Below, in pieces: positions 1-14,100 of a DNA stretch of 64,000 nucleotides. Positions within the stretch are counted from its first letter, which is position 1; each line of letters opens with the position of its first letter. The position numbers and the translations under genes are program-made. This stretch comes from the human T2T-CHM13v2.0 reference genome, Homo sapiens. The stretch lies in NCBI RefSeq assembly GCF_009914755.1, contig NC_060925.1, one strand, 5' to 3'. The notes beneath the pieces are model-generated. The model was given only the letters and a program-made list of their open reading frames with translations, searched no databases and was not told the origin of the DNA.

Positions 1-159
1 TGGTATCATTGAATGGAATCGAATGGAATCATGATCAGATGGAAATGAATGGAATCGTCATAGAATGGAATCGAATGGATTCATTGAATGGAATCAGATG
101 GAATCATCGAATGGACTGGAATGGAATCATTGAATGGACTCGAAAGGGATCATGATTGA

Positions 160-1935
160 ATGGAATTGAATGGAATCATCGAATGGTCTCGATTGGAATC
201 ATTATCAAATGGAATCGAATGGAATCACCGAATAGAATCGAATGGAACAATCATCGAATGGACTCAAATGGAATTATCCTCAAATGGAATCGAATGGAAT
301 TATCGAATGCAATCGAATGGAATTAACGAATGCAATCGAATAGAATCATCGAATGGACTCGAATGGAATCATCGAATGGAATGGAATGGAACAGTCAATG
401 AACACGAATGGAATCATCATTGAATGGAATCGAATGGAATCATCGAGTGGAATCGAATGGAATTATGATCAAATGGAATCGAATGTAATCATCATCAAAT
501 GGAATCAAAAATAACCATCATCAATTGGTATTGAATGGAATTGTCATCAAATGGAATTCAAAGGAATCATCATCAAATGGAACCGAATGGAATCCTCATT
601 GAATGGAAATGAAAGGGGTCATCATCTAATGGAATCGCATGGAATCATCATCAAATGGAATCGAATGGAATCATCATCAAATGGAATCTAATGGAATCAT
701 TGAACAGAATTGAATGGAATCGTCATCGAATGAATTGAATGCAATCATCGAATGGTCTCGAATGGAATCATCTTCTAATGGAAAGGAATGGAATCATCGC
801 ATAGAATCGAATGGAATTATCATCGAATGGAATCGAATGGTATCAACACCAAACGGAAAAAAACGGAATTATCGAATGGAATCGAAGAGAATCTTCGAAC
901 GGACCCGAATGGAATCATCTAATGGAATGGAATGGAATAATCCATGGACTCGAATGCAATCATCATCGAATGGAATCGAATGGAATCATCGAATGGACTC
1001 GAATGGAATAATCATTGAACGGAATCGAATGGAATCATCATCGGATGGAAACGAATGGAATCATCATCGAATGGAAATGAAAGGAGTCATAATCTAATGC
1101 AATTGCATGGAATCATCATCAAATGGAATCGAATGGAATCAACATCAAATGGAATCAAATGGAATCTTTGAACAGAATTGAATGGAATCGTCATCGAATG
1201 AATTGAATGCAATCATCGAATGGTCTCGAATGGAATCATCTTCAAATGGAATGGAATGGAATCATCGCATAGAATCGAATGGAATTATCATCGAATGGAA
1301 TCGAATGGAATCAACATCAAACGGAAAAAAACGGAATTATCGAATGGAATCGAAGAGAATCATCGAATGGACCCGAATGGAATCATCTAATGGAATGGAA
1401 TGGAATAATCCATGGACTCGAATGCAATCATCATCGAAGGGAATCGAATGGAATCATCGAATGGACTCGAATGGAATAATCATTGAACGGAATCGAATGG
1501 AATCATCATCGGATGGAAATGAATGGAATCATCATCGAATGGAATCGAATAGAATTATGGAATGAAATCCAGTGTGATCATCATCGAATGGACCCGAATG
1601 GAATCATCATCCAACGGAAGCTAATGGAATCAACATCGAATGAATCAAATGGAAACACCATCGAATTGAAACGAATGGAATTATCATGAAATTGAAACGG
1701 ATGGACTCATCATCGAATGGATTCGAATGGAATCATCGAATAAAATTGATTGAAATCATCATCGAATGGAATCGAATGGTATCATTGAATGGAATCGAAT
1801 GGAATCATCATCAGATGGAAATGAATGGAATCGTCATAGAATGGAATCGAATGGATTCATTGAATGGAATCAGATGGAATCATCGAATGGACTGGAATGG
1901 AATCATTGAATGGACACGAAAGAGATCATGATTGA
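160..1935 (+). repeat. Canonical 1,776-bp HSat2 higher-order unit (representative copy)
   Basis: The landmark ATGGAATTGAATGGAATCATCGAATGGTCTCGATTGG recurs at 160 and 1936 (1776 bp). The same spacing occurs at 15520-17296, 18604-20380, 45817-47593, 48901-50677-52453 and 56325-58101-59877. One GAATTC per unit (554), plus unique landmarks AACAGTCAATG, AAAATAACC, AAAGGGGTC, CCAGTGTGATC and AAAATTGATTG. Confidence 0.93.
714..1565 (+). repeat. 468-bp internal sub-repeat, two diverged copies per canonical unit
   Basis: ATGGAATCGTCATCGAATGAATTGAATGC at 714 and 1182, each followed by AAACGGAAAAAAACGG. Copy A carries TTCTAATGGAAAGG/CAACACC/TCTTCGAACG; copy B carries TTCAAATGGAATGG/CAACATC/TCATCGAATG. 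Confidence 0.92.
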
Positions 1936-3061
1936 ATGGAATTGAATGGAATCATCGAATGGTCTCGATTGGAATCATTATCAAATGGAATCGAATGGAA
2001 TCACCGAATAGAATCGAATGGAACAATCATCGAATGGACTCAAATGGAATTATCCTCAAATGGAATGGAATGGAATTATCGAATGCAATCGAATGGAATT
2101 ATCGAATGCAATCGAATAGAATCATTGAATGGACTCGAATGGAATAATCATTGAACGGAATCGAATGGAATCATCATCGGTTGGAAACGAATGGAATCAT
2201 CATCGAATGGAAATGAAAGGAGTCATCATCTAATGGAATTGCATGGAATCATCATCAAATGGAATCGAATGGAATCAACATCAAATGGAATCAAATGGAA
2301 TCATTGAACGGAATTGAATGGAATCGTCATCGAATGAATTGAATGCAATCATCGAATGGTCTCGAATGGAATCATCTTCAAATGGAATGGAATGGAATCA
2401 TCGCATAGAATCGAGTGGAATTATCATCGAATGGAGTCGAATGGAATCAACATCAAACGGAAAAAAACGGAATTATCGAATGGAATCGAAGAGAATCTTC
2501 GAACGGACCCGAATGGAATCACCTAATGGAATGGAATGGAATAATCTATGGACTCGAATGCAATCATCATCGAATGGAATCATCAAATGGACTCGAATGG
2601 AATAATCATTGAACGGAATCGAATGGAATCATCATCAGATGGAAATGAATGGAATCATCATCGAATGGAATCGAATAGAATTATGGAATGAAATCCAGTG
2701 TGATCATCATCGAATGGACCCAAATGGAATCATCATCCAACGGAATCTAATGGAATCAACATCGAATGAATCGAATGGAAACACCATCGAATTGAAACGA
2801 ATGGAATTATCATGAAATTGAAATGGATGGACTCATCATCGAATGGATTCGAATGGAATCATCGAATAAAATTGATTGAAATCATCATCAAATGGAATCG
2901 AATGGTATCATTGAATGGAATCGAATGGAATCATCATCAGATGGAAATGAATGGATTCGTCATAGAATGGAATCGAATGGATTCATTGAATGGAATCAGA
3001 TGGAATCATCGAATGGACTGGAATGGAATCATTGAATGGACTCGAAAGGGATCATTATTGA
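1936..3061 (+). repeat. 1,126-bp deletion-variant unit (also starting at 25583, 29273, 34911, 40549)
   Basis: Landmark spacing 1126 = 1776 - 640 - 10. Lacks the AACAGTC/EcoRI/AAAGGGG block. Private variants TCGAGTGGAATTATC, GGAGTCGA, ATCACCTAATG, ATCTATGG, GACCCAAATG. Confidence 0.88.
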
Positions 3062-6000
3062 ATGGAATTGAATGGAATCATCGAATGGTCTCGATTGGAA
3101 TCATTATCAAATGGAAACGAATGGAATCACCGAATAGAATCGAATGGAACAATCATCGAATGGACTCAAATGGAATCATCCTCAAATGGAATGCAATGGA
3201 ATTATCGAATGCAATCGAATAGAATCATCGAATGGACTCGAATGGAATCATCGAATGGAATGGAATGGAACAGTCAATGAACTCGAATGGAATCATCATT
3301 GAATGGAATCGAATGGAATCATCGAGTGGAATCGAATGGAATTATGAACAAATGGAATCTAATGTAATAATCATCAAATGGAATCAAAAATAACCATCAT
3401 CAATTGGTATTGAATGGAATTGTCATCAAATGGAATTCAAAGGAATCATCATCAAATGGAACCGAATGGAATCCTCATTGAATGGAAATGAAAGGGGTCA
3501 TCATCTAATGGAATCGCATGGAATCATCATCAAATGGAATCGAATGGAATCATCATCAAATGGAATCTGATGGAATCATTGAACAGAATTGAATGGAATC
3601 GTCATCGAATGAATTGAATGCAATCATCGAATGGTCTCGAATGGAATCATCTTCTAATGGAAAGGAATGGAATCATCGCATAGAATCGAATGGAATTAAC
3701 ATTGAATGGACTCGAATGGAATCAACATCAAACGGAATCAAGCGGAATTATCGAATGGAATCGAAGAGAATCATCGAATGGACTCGAATGGAATAATCTA
3801 ATGGAATTGAATGGAATAATCCACGGACTCGAATGCAATCATCATCGTATAGAATCGAATGGAATCATCGAATGGACTCGAATGGAATAATCATTGAACG
3901 GAATCGAATGGAATCATCATCGGATGGAAACGAATGGAATCATCATCGAATGGAAATGAAAGGAGTCATCATCTAATGGAATTGCATGGAATCATCATCA
4001 AATGGAATCGAATGGAATCAACAGCAAATGGAATCAAATGGAATCATTGAACGGAATTGAATGGAATCGTCATCCAATGAATGAATGCAATCATCGAATG
4101 GTCTCGAATGCAATCATCTTCAAATGGAATGGAATGGAATCATCGCATAGAATCGAATGGAATTATCATCGAATGGAATCGAATGGTATCAACATCAAAC
4201 GGAAAAAAACGGAATTATCGAATGGAATCGAATAGAATCATCGAATGGACCCGAATGGAATCATCTAATGGAATGGAATGGAATAATCCACGGACTCGAA
4301 TGCAATCATCGTCGAATGGAATCGAATGGAATCATCGAATGGACTCGAATGGAATAATCATTGAACAGAATCGAATGGAATCATCATCGGATGGAAACGA
4401 ATGGAATCATCATCGAATGGAAATGAAAGGAGTCATCATCTAATGGAATTGCATGGAATCATCATCAAATGGAATCGAATGGAATCAACATCAAATGGAA
4501 TCAAATGGAATCATTGAACGGAATTGAATGGAATCGTCATCGAATGAATTGAATGCAATCATCGAATGGTCTCGAGTGGAATCATCTTCAAATGGAATGG
4601 AATGGAATCATCGCATAGAATCGAATGGAATTATCATCAAATGGAATCGAATGGTATCAACATCAAACGGAAAAAAACGGAATTATCGAATGGAATCGAA
4701 GAGAATCTTCGAACGGACCCGAATGGAATCATCTAATGGAATGGAATGGAATAATCCATGGACTGGAAGGCAATCATCATTGAACGGAATCGAAAGGAAT
4801 CATCATCGGATGGAAACGAATGGAATCATCATCGAATGGAAATGAAAGGAGTCATCATCTAATGGAATTGCATCGAATCATCATAAAATGGAATCGAATG
4901 GAATCAACATCAAATGGAATCAAATGGAATCATTGAACGGAATTGAATGGAATCGTCATCGAATGAATTGAATGCAATCATCGAATGGTCTCGAATGGAA
5001 TCATCTTCAAATGGAATGGAATGGAATCATCGCATAGAATCGAATGGAATTATCATCGAATGGAATCGAATGGAATCAACATCAAACGGAAAAAAACGGA
5101 ATTATCGAATGGAATCGAATAGAATCATCGAATGGACCCGAATGGAATCATCTAATGGAATGGAATGGAATAATCCGTGGACTCGAATGCAATCATCATC
5201 GAATATAATCGAATGGAATCATCCAATGGACTCGAATGGAATAATCATTGAACGGAATCGAATGGAATCATCATCGGATGGAAATGAATGGAATCATCAT
5301 CGAATGGAATCGAATAGAATTATGGAATGAAATCCAGTGTGATCATCATCGAATGGACCCGAATGGAATCATCATCCAACGAATGCTAATGGAATCAACA
5401 TCGAATGAATCAAATGGAAACACCATCGAATTGAAACGAATGGAATTACCATGAAATTGAAATGGATGGACTCATCATCGAATGGATTCGAATGGAATCA
5501 TCGAATAAAATTGATTGAAATCATCATCGAATGGAATCGAATGGATTCATTGAATGGAATCAGATGGAATCATCGAATGGACTGGAATGGAATCATTGAA
5601 TGGACACGAAAGAGATCATGATTGAATGGAATTGAATGGAATCATCGAATGGTCTCGATTGGAATCATTATCAAATGGAAACGAATGGAATCACCGAATA
5701 GAATCGAATGGAACAATCATCGAATGGACTCAAATGGAATCATCCTCAAATGGAATGGAATGGAATTATCGAATGCAATCGAATAGAATCATCGAATGGA
5801 CTCGAATGGAATCATCGAATGGAATGGAATGGAACAGTCAATGAACTCGAATGGAATCATCATTGAATGGAATCGAATGGAATCATCGAGTGGAATCGAA
5901 TGGAATTATGATCAAATGGAATCTAATGTAATAATCATCAAATGGAATCGAAAATAACCATCATCAATTGTTATTGAATGGAATTGTCATCAAATGGAAT

Positions 6001-8189
6001 TCAAAGGAATCATCATCAAATGGAACCGAATGGAATCCTCATTGAATGGAAATGAAAGGGGTCATCATCTAATGGAATCGCATGGAATCATCATCAAATG
6101 GAATCGAATGGAATCATCATCAAATGGAATCTGATGGAATCATTGAACAGAATTGAATGGAATCGTCATCGAATGAATTGAATGCAATCATCGAATGGTC
6201 TCGAATGGAATCATCTTCTAATGGAAAGGAATGGAATCATCGCATAGAATCGAATGGAATTAACATTGAATGGACTCGAATGGAATCAACATCAAACGGA
6301 ATCAAGCGGAATTATCGAATGGAATCGAAGAGAATCATCGAATGGACTCGAATGGAATAATCTAATGGAATTGAATGGAATAATCCACGGACTCGAATGC
6401 AATCATCATCGTATAGAATCGAATGGAATCATCGAATGGACTCGAATGGAATAATCATTGAACGGAATCGAATGGAATCATCATCGGATGGAAACGAATG
6501 GAATCATCATCGAATGGAAATGAAAGGAGTCATCATCTAATGGAATTGCATGGAATCATCATCAAATGGAATCGAATGGAATCAACAGCAAATGGAATCA
6601 AATGGAATCATTGAACGGAATTGAATGGAATCGTCATCCAATGAATGAATGCAATCATCGAATGGTCTCGAATGCAATCATCTTCAAATGGAATGGAATG
6701 GAATCATCGCATAGAATCGAATGGAATTATCATCGAATGGAATCGAATGGTATCAACATCAAACGGAAAAAAACGGAATTATCGAATGGAATCGAATAGA
6801 ATCATGGAATGGACCCGAATGGAATCATCTAATGGAATGGAATGGAATAATCCACGGACTCGAATGCAATCATCGTCGAATGGAATCGAATGGAATCATC
6901 GAATGGACTCGAATGGAATAATCATTGAACAGAATCGAATGGAATCATCATCGGATGGAAACGAATGGAATCATCATCGAATGGAAATGAAAGGAGTCAT
7001 CATCTAATGGAATTGCATGGAATCATCATCAAATGGAATCGAATGGAATCAACATCAAATGGAATCAAATGGAATCATTGAACGGAATTGAATGGAATCG
7101 TCATCGAATGAATTGAATGCAATCATCGAATGGTCTCGAGTGGAATCATCTTCAAATGGAATGGAATGGAATCATCGCATAGAATCGAATGGAATTATCA
7201 TCGAATGGAATCGAATGGTATCAACATCAAACGGAAAAAAACGGAATTATCGAATGGAATCGAAGAGAATCTTCGAACGGACCCGAATGGAATCATCTAA
7301 TGGAATGGAATGGAATAATCCATGGACTGGAAGGCAATCATCATTGAACGGAATCGAAAGGAATCATCATCGGATGGAAACGAATGGAATCATCATCGAA
7401 TGGAAATGAAAGGAGTCATCATCTAATGGAATTGCATCGAATCATCATAAAATGGAATCGAATGGAATCAACATCAAATGGAATCAAATGGAATCATTGA
7501 ACGGAATTGAATGGAATCGTCATCGAATGAATTGAATGCAATCATCGAATGGTCTCGAATGGAATCATCTTCAAATGGAATGGAATGGAATCATCGCATA
7601 GAATCGAATGGAATTATCATCGAATGGAATCGAATGGAATCAACATCAAACGGAAAAAAACGGAATTATCGAATGGAATCGAATAGAATCATCGAATGGA
7701 CCCGAATGGAATCATCTAATGGAATGGAATGGAATAATCCGTGGACTCGAATGCAATCATCATCGAATATAATCGAATGGAATCATCCAATGGACTCGAA
7801 TGGAATAATCATTGAACGGAATCGAATGGAATCATCATCGGATGGAAATGAATGGAATCATCATCGAATGGAATCGAATAGAATTATGGAATGAAATCCA
7901 GTGTGATCATCATCGAATGGACCCGAATGGAATCATCATCCAACGAATGCTAATGGAATCAACATCGAATGAATCAAATGGAAACACCATCGAATTGAAA
8001 CGAATGGAATTACCATGAAATTGAAATGGATGGACTCATCATCGAATGGATTCGAATGGAATCATCGAATAAAATTGATTGAAATCATCATCGAATGGAA
8101 TCGAATGGATTCATTGAATGGAATCAGATGGAATCATCGAATGGACTGGAATGGAATCATTGAATGGACACGAAAGAGATCATGATTGA
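3062..8189 (+). repeat. Two tandem 2,564-bp expanded-variant units (four sub-repeats each)
   Basis: Landmarks at 3062, 5626, 8190. 2564 = 1776 - 23 + 467 + 419 - 75. Private variants TTAACATTG, ATCAAGCGG, CGTATAG, AACAGCAAA, CATCCAATGAATGAATG, GGACTGGAAGGC, GAATATAATC. The same unit starts at 12956, 26709, 30399, 36037, 41675 and 53761. Confidence 0.9.
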
Positions 8190-11100
8190 ATGGAATTGAA
8201 TGGAATCATCGAATGGTCTCGATTGGAATCATTATCAAATGGAATCGAATGGAATCACCGAATAGAATCGAATGGAACAATCATCGAATGGACTCAAATG
8301 GAATTATCCTCAAATGGAATGGAATGGAATTATCGAATGCAATCGAATGGAATTATCGAATGCAATCGAATAGAATCATCGAATGGACTCGAATGGAATC
8401 ATCGAATGGAATGGAATGGAACAGTCAATGAACTCGAATGGAATCATCATTGAATGGAATCGAATGGAATCATCGAGTGGAATCGAATGGAATTATGATC
8501 AAATGGAATCGAATGTAATCATCATCAAATGGAATCAAAAATAACCATCATCAATTGGTAATGAATGGAATTGTCATCAAATGGAATTCAAAGGAATCAT
8601 CATCAAATGGAACCGAATGGAATCCTCATTGAATGGAAATGAAAGGGGTCATCATCTAATGGAATCGCATGGAATCATCATCAAATGGAATCGAATGGAA
8701 TCATCATCAAATGGAATCTAATGGAATCATTGAACAGAATTGAATGGAATCGTCATCGAATGAATTGAATGCAATCATCGAATGGTCTCGAATGGAATCA
8801 TCTTCTAATGGAAAGGAATGGAATCATCGCATAGAATCGAATGGAATTATCATCGAATGGAATCGAATGGGATCAACACCAAACGGAAAAAAACGGAATT
8901 ATCGAATGGAATCGAAGAGAATCTTCGAACGGACCCGAATGAAATCATCTAATGGAATGGAATGGAATAATCCATGGACTCGAATGCAATCATCATCGAA
9001 TGGAATCAAATGGAATCATCGAATCGACTCGAATGGAATAATCATTGAACGGAATCGAATGGAATCATCATCGGATGGAAACGAATGGAATCATCATCGA
9101 ATGGAAATGAAAGGAGTCATCATCTAATGGAATTGCAAGGAATCATCATAAAATGGATTCGAATGGAATCAACATCAAATGGAATCAAATGGAATCATTG
9201 AACGGAATTGAATGGAATCGTCATCGAATGAATTGAATGCAATCATCGAATGGTCTCGAAGGGAATCATCTTCAAATGGAATGGAATGGAATCATCGCAT
9301 AGAATCGAATGGAATTATCATCGAATGGAATCGAATGGAATCAACATCAAACGGAAAAAAACGGAATTATCGAATGGAATCGAAGAGAATCATCGAATGG
9401 ACCCGAATGGAATCATCTAATGGAATGGAATGGAATAATCCATGGACTCGAATGCAATCATCGTCAAATGGAATCGAATGGAATCATCGAATGGATTCGA
9501 ATGGAATAATCATTGAACGGAATCGAATGGAATCATCATCGGATGGAAACGAATGGAATCATCATCGAATGGAAATGAAAGGAGTCATCATCTAATGGAA
9601 TTGCATGGAATCATCATAAAATGGAATCGAATGGAATCAACATCAAATCGAATCAAACGGAATCATTGAACGGAATTGAATGGAATCGTCATCGAATGAA
9701 TTGACTGCAATCATCGAATGGTCTCGAATGGAATCATCTTCAAATGGAATGGAATGGAATCATCGCATAGAATCGAATGGAATTATCACCGAATGGAATC
9801 GAATGGAATCAACATCAAACGGAAAAAAACGGAATTATCGAATGGAATCGAAGAGAATCATCGAATGGACCCGAATGGAATCATCTAATGGAATGGAATG
9901 GAATAATCCATGGACTCGAATGCAATCATCATCGAATGGAATCGAATGGAATCATCGAATGAACTCGAATGGAATCATCATTGAATGGAATCGAATGGAA
10001 TCATCGAGTGGAATCGAATGGAATTATGATCAAATGGAATCGAATGTAATCATCATCAAATGGAATCAAAAATAACCATCATCAATTGGTACTGAATGGA
10101 ATTGTCATCAAATGGAATTCAAAGGAATCATCATCAAATGGAACTGAATGGAATCCTCATTGAATGGAAATGAAAGGTGTCATCATCTAATGGAATCGCA
10201 TGGAATCATCATCAAATGGAATCGAATGGAATCATCATCAAATGGAATCTGATGGAATCATTGAACAGAATTGAATGGAATCGTCATCGAATGAATTGAA
10301 TGCAATCTTCGAATGGTCTCGAATGTAATCACATTCTAATGGAAAGGAATGGAATCATCGCATAGAATCGAATGAAATTAACATTGAATGGACTCGAATG
10401 GAATCAACATCAAACGGAATCAAGCGGAATTATCGAATGGAATCGAAGAGAATCATCGAATGGTCTCGAATGGAATCATCTTCTAATGGAAAGGAATGGA
10501 ATCATCGCATAGAATCGAATGGAATTAACATTGAATGGACTCGAATGGAATCAACATCAAATGGAATCAAGCGGAATTATCGAATGAAATCGAAGAGAAT
10601 CATCGAATGAACTCGAATGGAATCATCATTGAATGGAATCGAATGGAATCATCGAGTGGAATCGAATGGAATTATGAACAAATGGAATCTAATGTAATAA
10701 TCATCAAATGGAATCAAAAATAACCATCATCAATTGGTATTGAATGGAATTGTCATCAAATGGAATTCAAAGGAATCATCATCAAATGGAACCGAATGGA
10801 ATCCTCATTGAATGGAAATGAAAGGGGTCATCATCTAATGGAATCGCATGGAATCATCATCAAATGGAATCGAATGGAATCATCATCAAATGGAATCTGA
10901 TGGAATCATTGAACAGAATTGAATGGAATCGTCATCGAATGAATTGAATGCAATCATCGAATGGTCTCGAATGGAATCATCTTCTAATGGAAAGGAATGG
11001 AATCATCGCATAGAATCGAATGGAATTAACATTGAATGGACTCGAATGGAATCAACATCAAACGGAATCAAGCGGAATTATCGAATGGAATCGAAGAGAA

Positions 11101-14100
11101 TCATCGAATGGACTCGAATGGAATAATCTAATGGAATTGAATGGAATAATCCACGGACTCGAATGCAATCATCATCGTATAGAATCGAATGGAATCATCG
11201 AATGGACTCGAATGGAATAATCATTGAACGGAATCGAATGGAATCATCATCGGATGGAAACGAATGGAATCATCATCGAATGGAAATGAAAGGAGTCATC
11301 ATCTAATGGAATTGCATGGAATCATCATCAAATGGAATCGAATGGAATCAACAGCAAATGGAATCAAATGGAATCATTGAACGGAATTGAATGGAATCGT
11401 CATCCAATGAATGAATGCAATCATCGAATGGTCTCGAATGCAATCATCTTCAAATGGAATGGAATGGAATCATCGCATAGAATCGAATGGAATTATCATC
11501 GAATGGAATCGAATGGTATCAACATCAAACGGAAAAAAACGGAATTATCGAATGGAATCGAATAGAATCATCGAATGGACCCGAATGGAATCATCTAATG
11601 GAATGGAATGGAATAATCCACGGACTCGAATGCAATCATCGTCGAATGGAATCGAATGGAATCATCGAATGGACTCGAATGGAATAATCATTGAACAGAA
11701 TCGAATGGAATCATCATCGGATGGAAACGAATGGAATCATCATCGAATGGAAATGAAAGGAGTCATCATCTAATGGAATTGCATGGAATCATCATCAAAT
11801 GGAATCGAATGGAATCAACATCAAATGGAATCAAATGGAATCATTGAACGGAATTGAATGGAATCGTCATCGAATGAATTGAATGCAATCATCGAATGGT
11901 CTCGAGTGGAATCATCTTCAAATGGAATGGAATGGAATCATCGCATAGAATCGAATGGAATTATCATCAAATGGAATCGAATGGTATCAACATCAAACGG
12001 AAAAAAACGGAATTATCGAATGGAATCGAAGAGAATCTTCGAACGGACCCGAATGGAATCATCTAATGGAATGGAATGGAATAATCCATGGACTGGAAGG
12101 CAATCATCATTGAACGGAATCGAAAGGAATCATCATCGGATGGAAACGAATGGAATCATCATCGAATGGAAATGAAAGGAGTCATCATCTAATGGAATTG
12201 CATCGAATCATCATAAAATGGAATCGAATGGAATCAACATCAAATGGAATCAAATGGAATCATTGAACGGAATTGAATGGAATCGTCATCGAATGAATTG
12301 AATGCAATCATCGAATGGTCTCGAATGGAATCATCTTCAAATGGAATGGAATGGAATCATCGCATAGAATCGAATGGAATTATCATCGAATGGAATCGAA
12401 TGGAATCAACATCAAACGGAAAAAAACGGAATTATCGAATGGAATCGAATAGAATCATCGAATGGACCCGAATGGAATCATCTAATGGAATGGAATGGAA
12501 TAATCCGTGGACTCGAATGCAATCATCATCGAATATAATCGAATGGAATCATCCAATGGACTCGAATGGAATAATCATTGAACGGAATCGAATGGAATCA
12601 TCATCGGATGGAAATGAATGGAATCATCATCGAATGGAATCGAATAGAATTATGGAATGAAATCCAGTGTGATCATCATCGAATGGACCCGAATGGAATC
12701 ATCATCCAACGAATGCTAATGGAATCAACATCGAATGAATCAAATGGAAACACCATCGAATTGAAACGAATGGAATTACCATGAAATTGAAATGGATGGA
12801 CTCATCATCGAATGGATTCGAATGGAATCATCGAATAAAATTGATTGAAATCATCATCGAATGGAATCGAATGGATTCATTGAATGGAATCAGATGGAAT
12901 CATCGAATGGACTGGAATGGAATCATTGAATGGACACGAAAGAGATCATGATTGAATGGAATTGAATGGAATCATCGAATGGTCTCGATTGGAATCATTA
13001 TCAAATGGAAACGAATGGAATCACCGAATAGAATCGAATGGAACAATCATCGAATGGACTCAAATGGAATCATCCTCAAATGGAATGGAATGGAATTATC
13101 GAATGCAATCGAATAGAATCATCGAATGGACTCGAATGGAATCATCGAATGGAATGGAATGGAACAGTCAATGAACTCGAATGGAATCATCATTGAATGG
13201 AATCGAATGGAATCATCGAGTGGAATCGAATGGAATTATGATCAAATGGAATCTAATGTAATAATCATCAAATGGAATCGAAAATAACCATCATCAATTG
13301 TTATTGAATGGAATTGTCATCAAATGGAATTCAAAGGAATCATCATCAAATGGAACCGAATGGAATCCTCATTGAATGGAAATGAAAGGGGTCATCATCT
13401 AATGGAATCGCATGGAATCATCATCAAATGGAATCGAATGGAATCATCATCAAATGGAATCTGATGGAATCATTGAACAGAATTGAATGGAATCGTCATC
13501 GAATGAATTGAATGCAATCATCGAATGGTCTCGAATGGAATCATCTTCTAATGGAAAGGAATGGAATCATCGCATAGAATCGAATGGAATTAACATTGAA
13601 TGGACTCGAATGGAATCAACATCAAACGGAATCAAGCGGAATTATCGAATGGAATCGAAGAGAATCATCGAATGGACTCGAATGGAATAATCTAATGGAA
13701 TTGAATGGAATAATCCACGGACTCGAATGCAATCATCATCGTATAGAATCGAATGGAATCATCGAATGGACTCGAATGGAATAATCATTGAACGGAATCG
13801 AATGGAATCATCATCGGATGGAAACGAATGGAATCATCATCGAATGGAAATGAAAGGAGTCATCATCTAATGGAATTGCATGGAATCATCATCAAATGGA
13901 ATCGAATGGAATCAACAGCAAATGGAATCAAATGGAATCATTGAACGGAATTGAATGGAATCGTCATCCAATGAATGAATGCAATCATCGAATGGTCTCG
14001 AATGCAATCATCTTCAAATGGAATGGAATGGAATCATCGCATAGAATCGAATGGAATTATCATCGAATGGAATCGAATGGTATCAACATCAAACGGAAAA

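Noticed and set aside
890-905. TTCGAA / GAA repeats as heat-shock elements
   Set aside because: Canonical HSEs need alternating inverted nGAAn pentamers (TTCnnGAA spacing); here the GAA units are mostly head-to-tail and TTCGAA has the wrong spacing.
1740-1760. AAAATTGATTGAAATCA and TGATTGAATGG as DUX4-type homeodomain sites; AATAAA at the same landmark as a polyadenylation signal
   Set aside because: Only partial matches to the DUX4 consensus TAAYYYAATCA, and AATAAA has no gene context; function cannot be supported from sequence alone.
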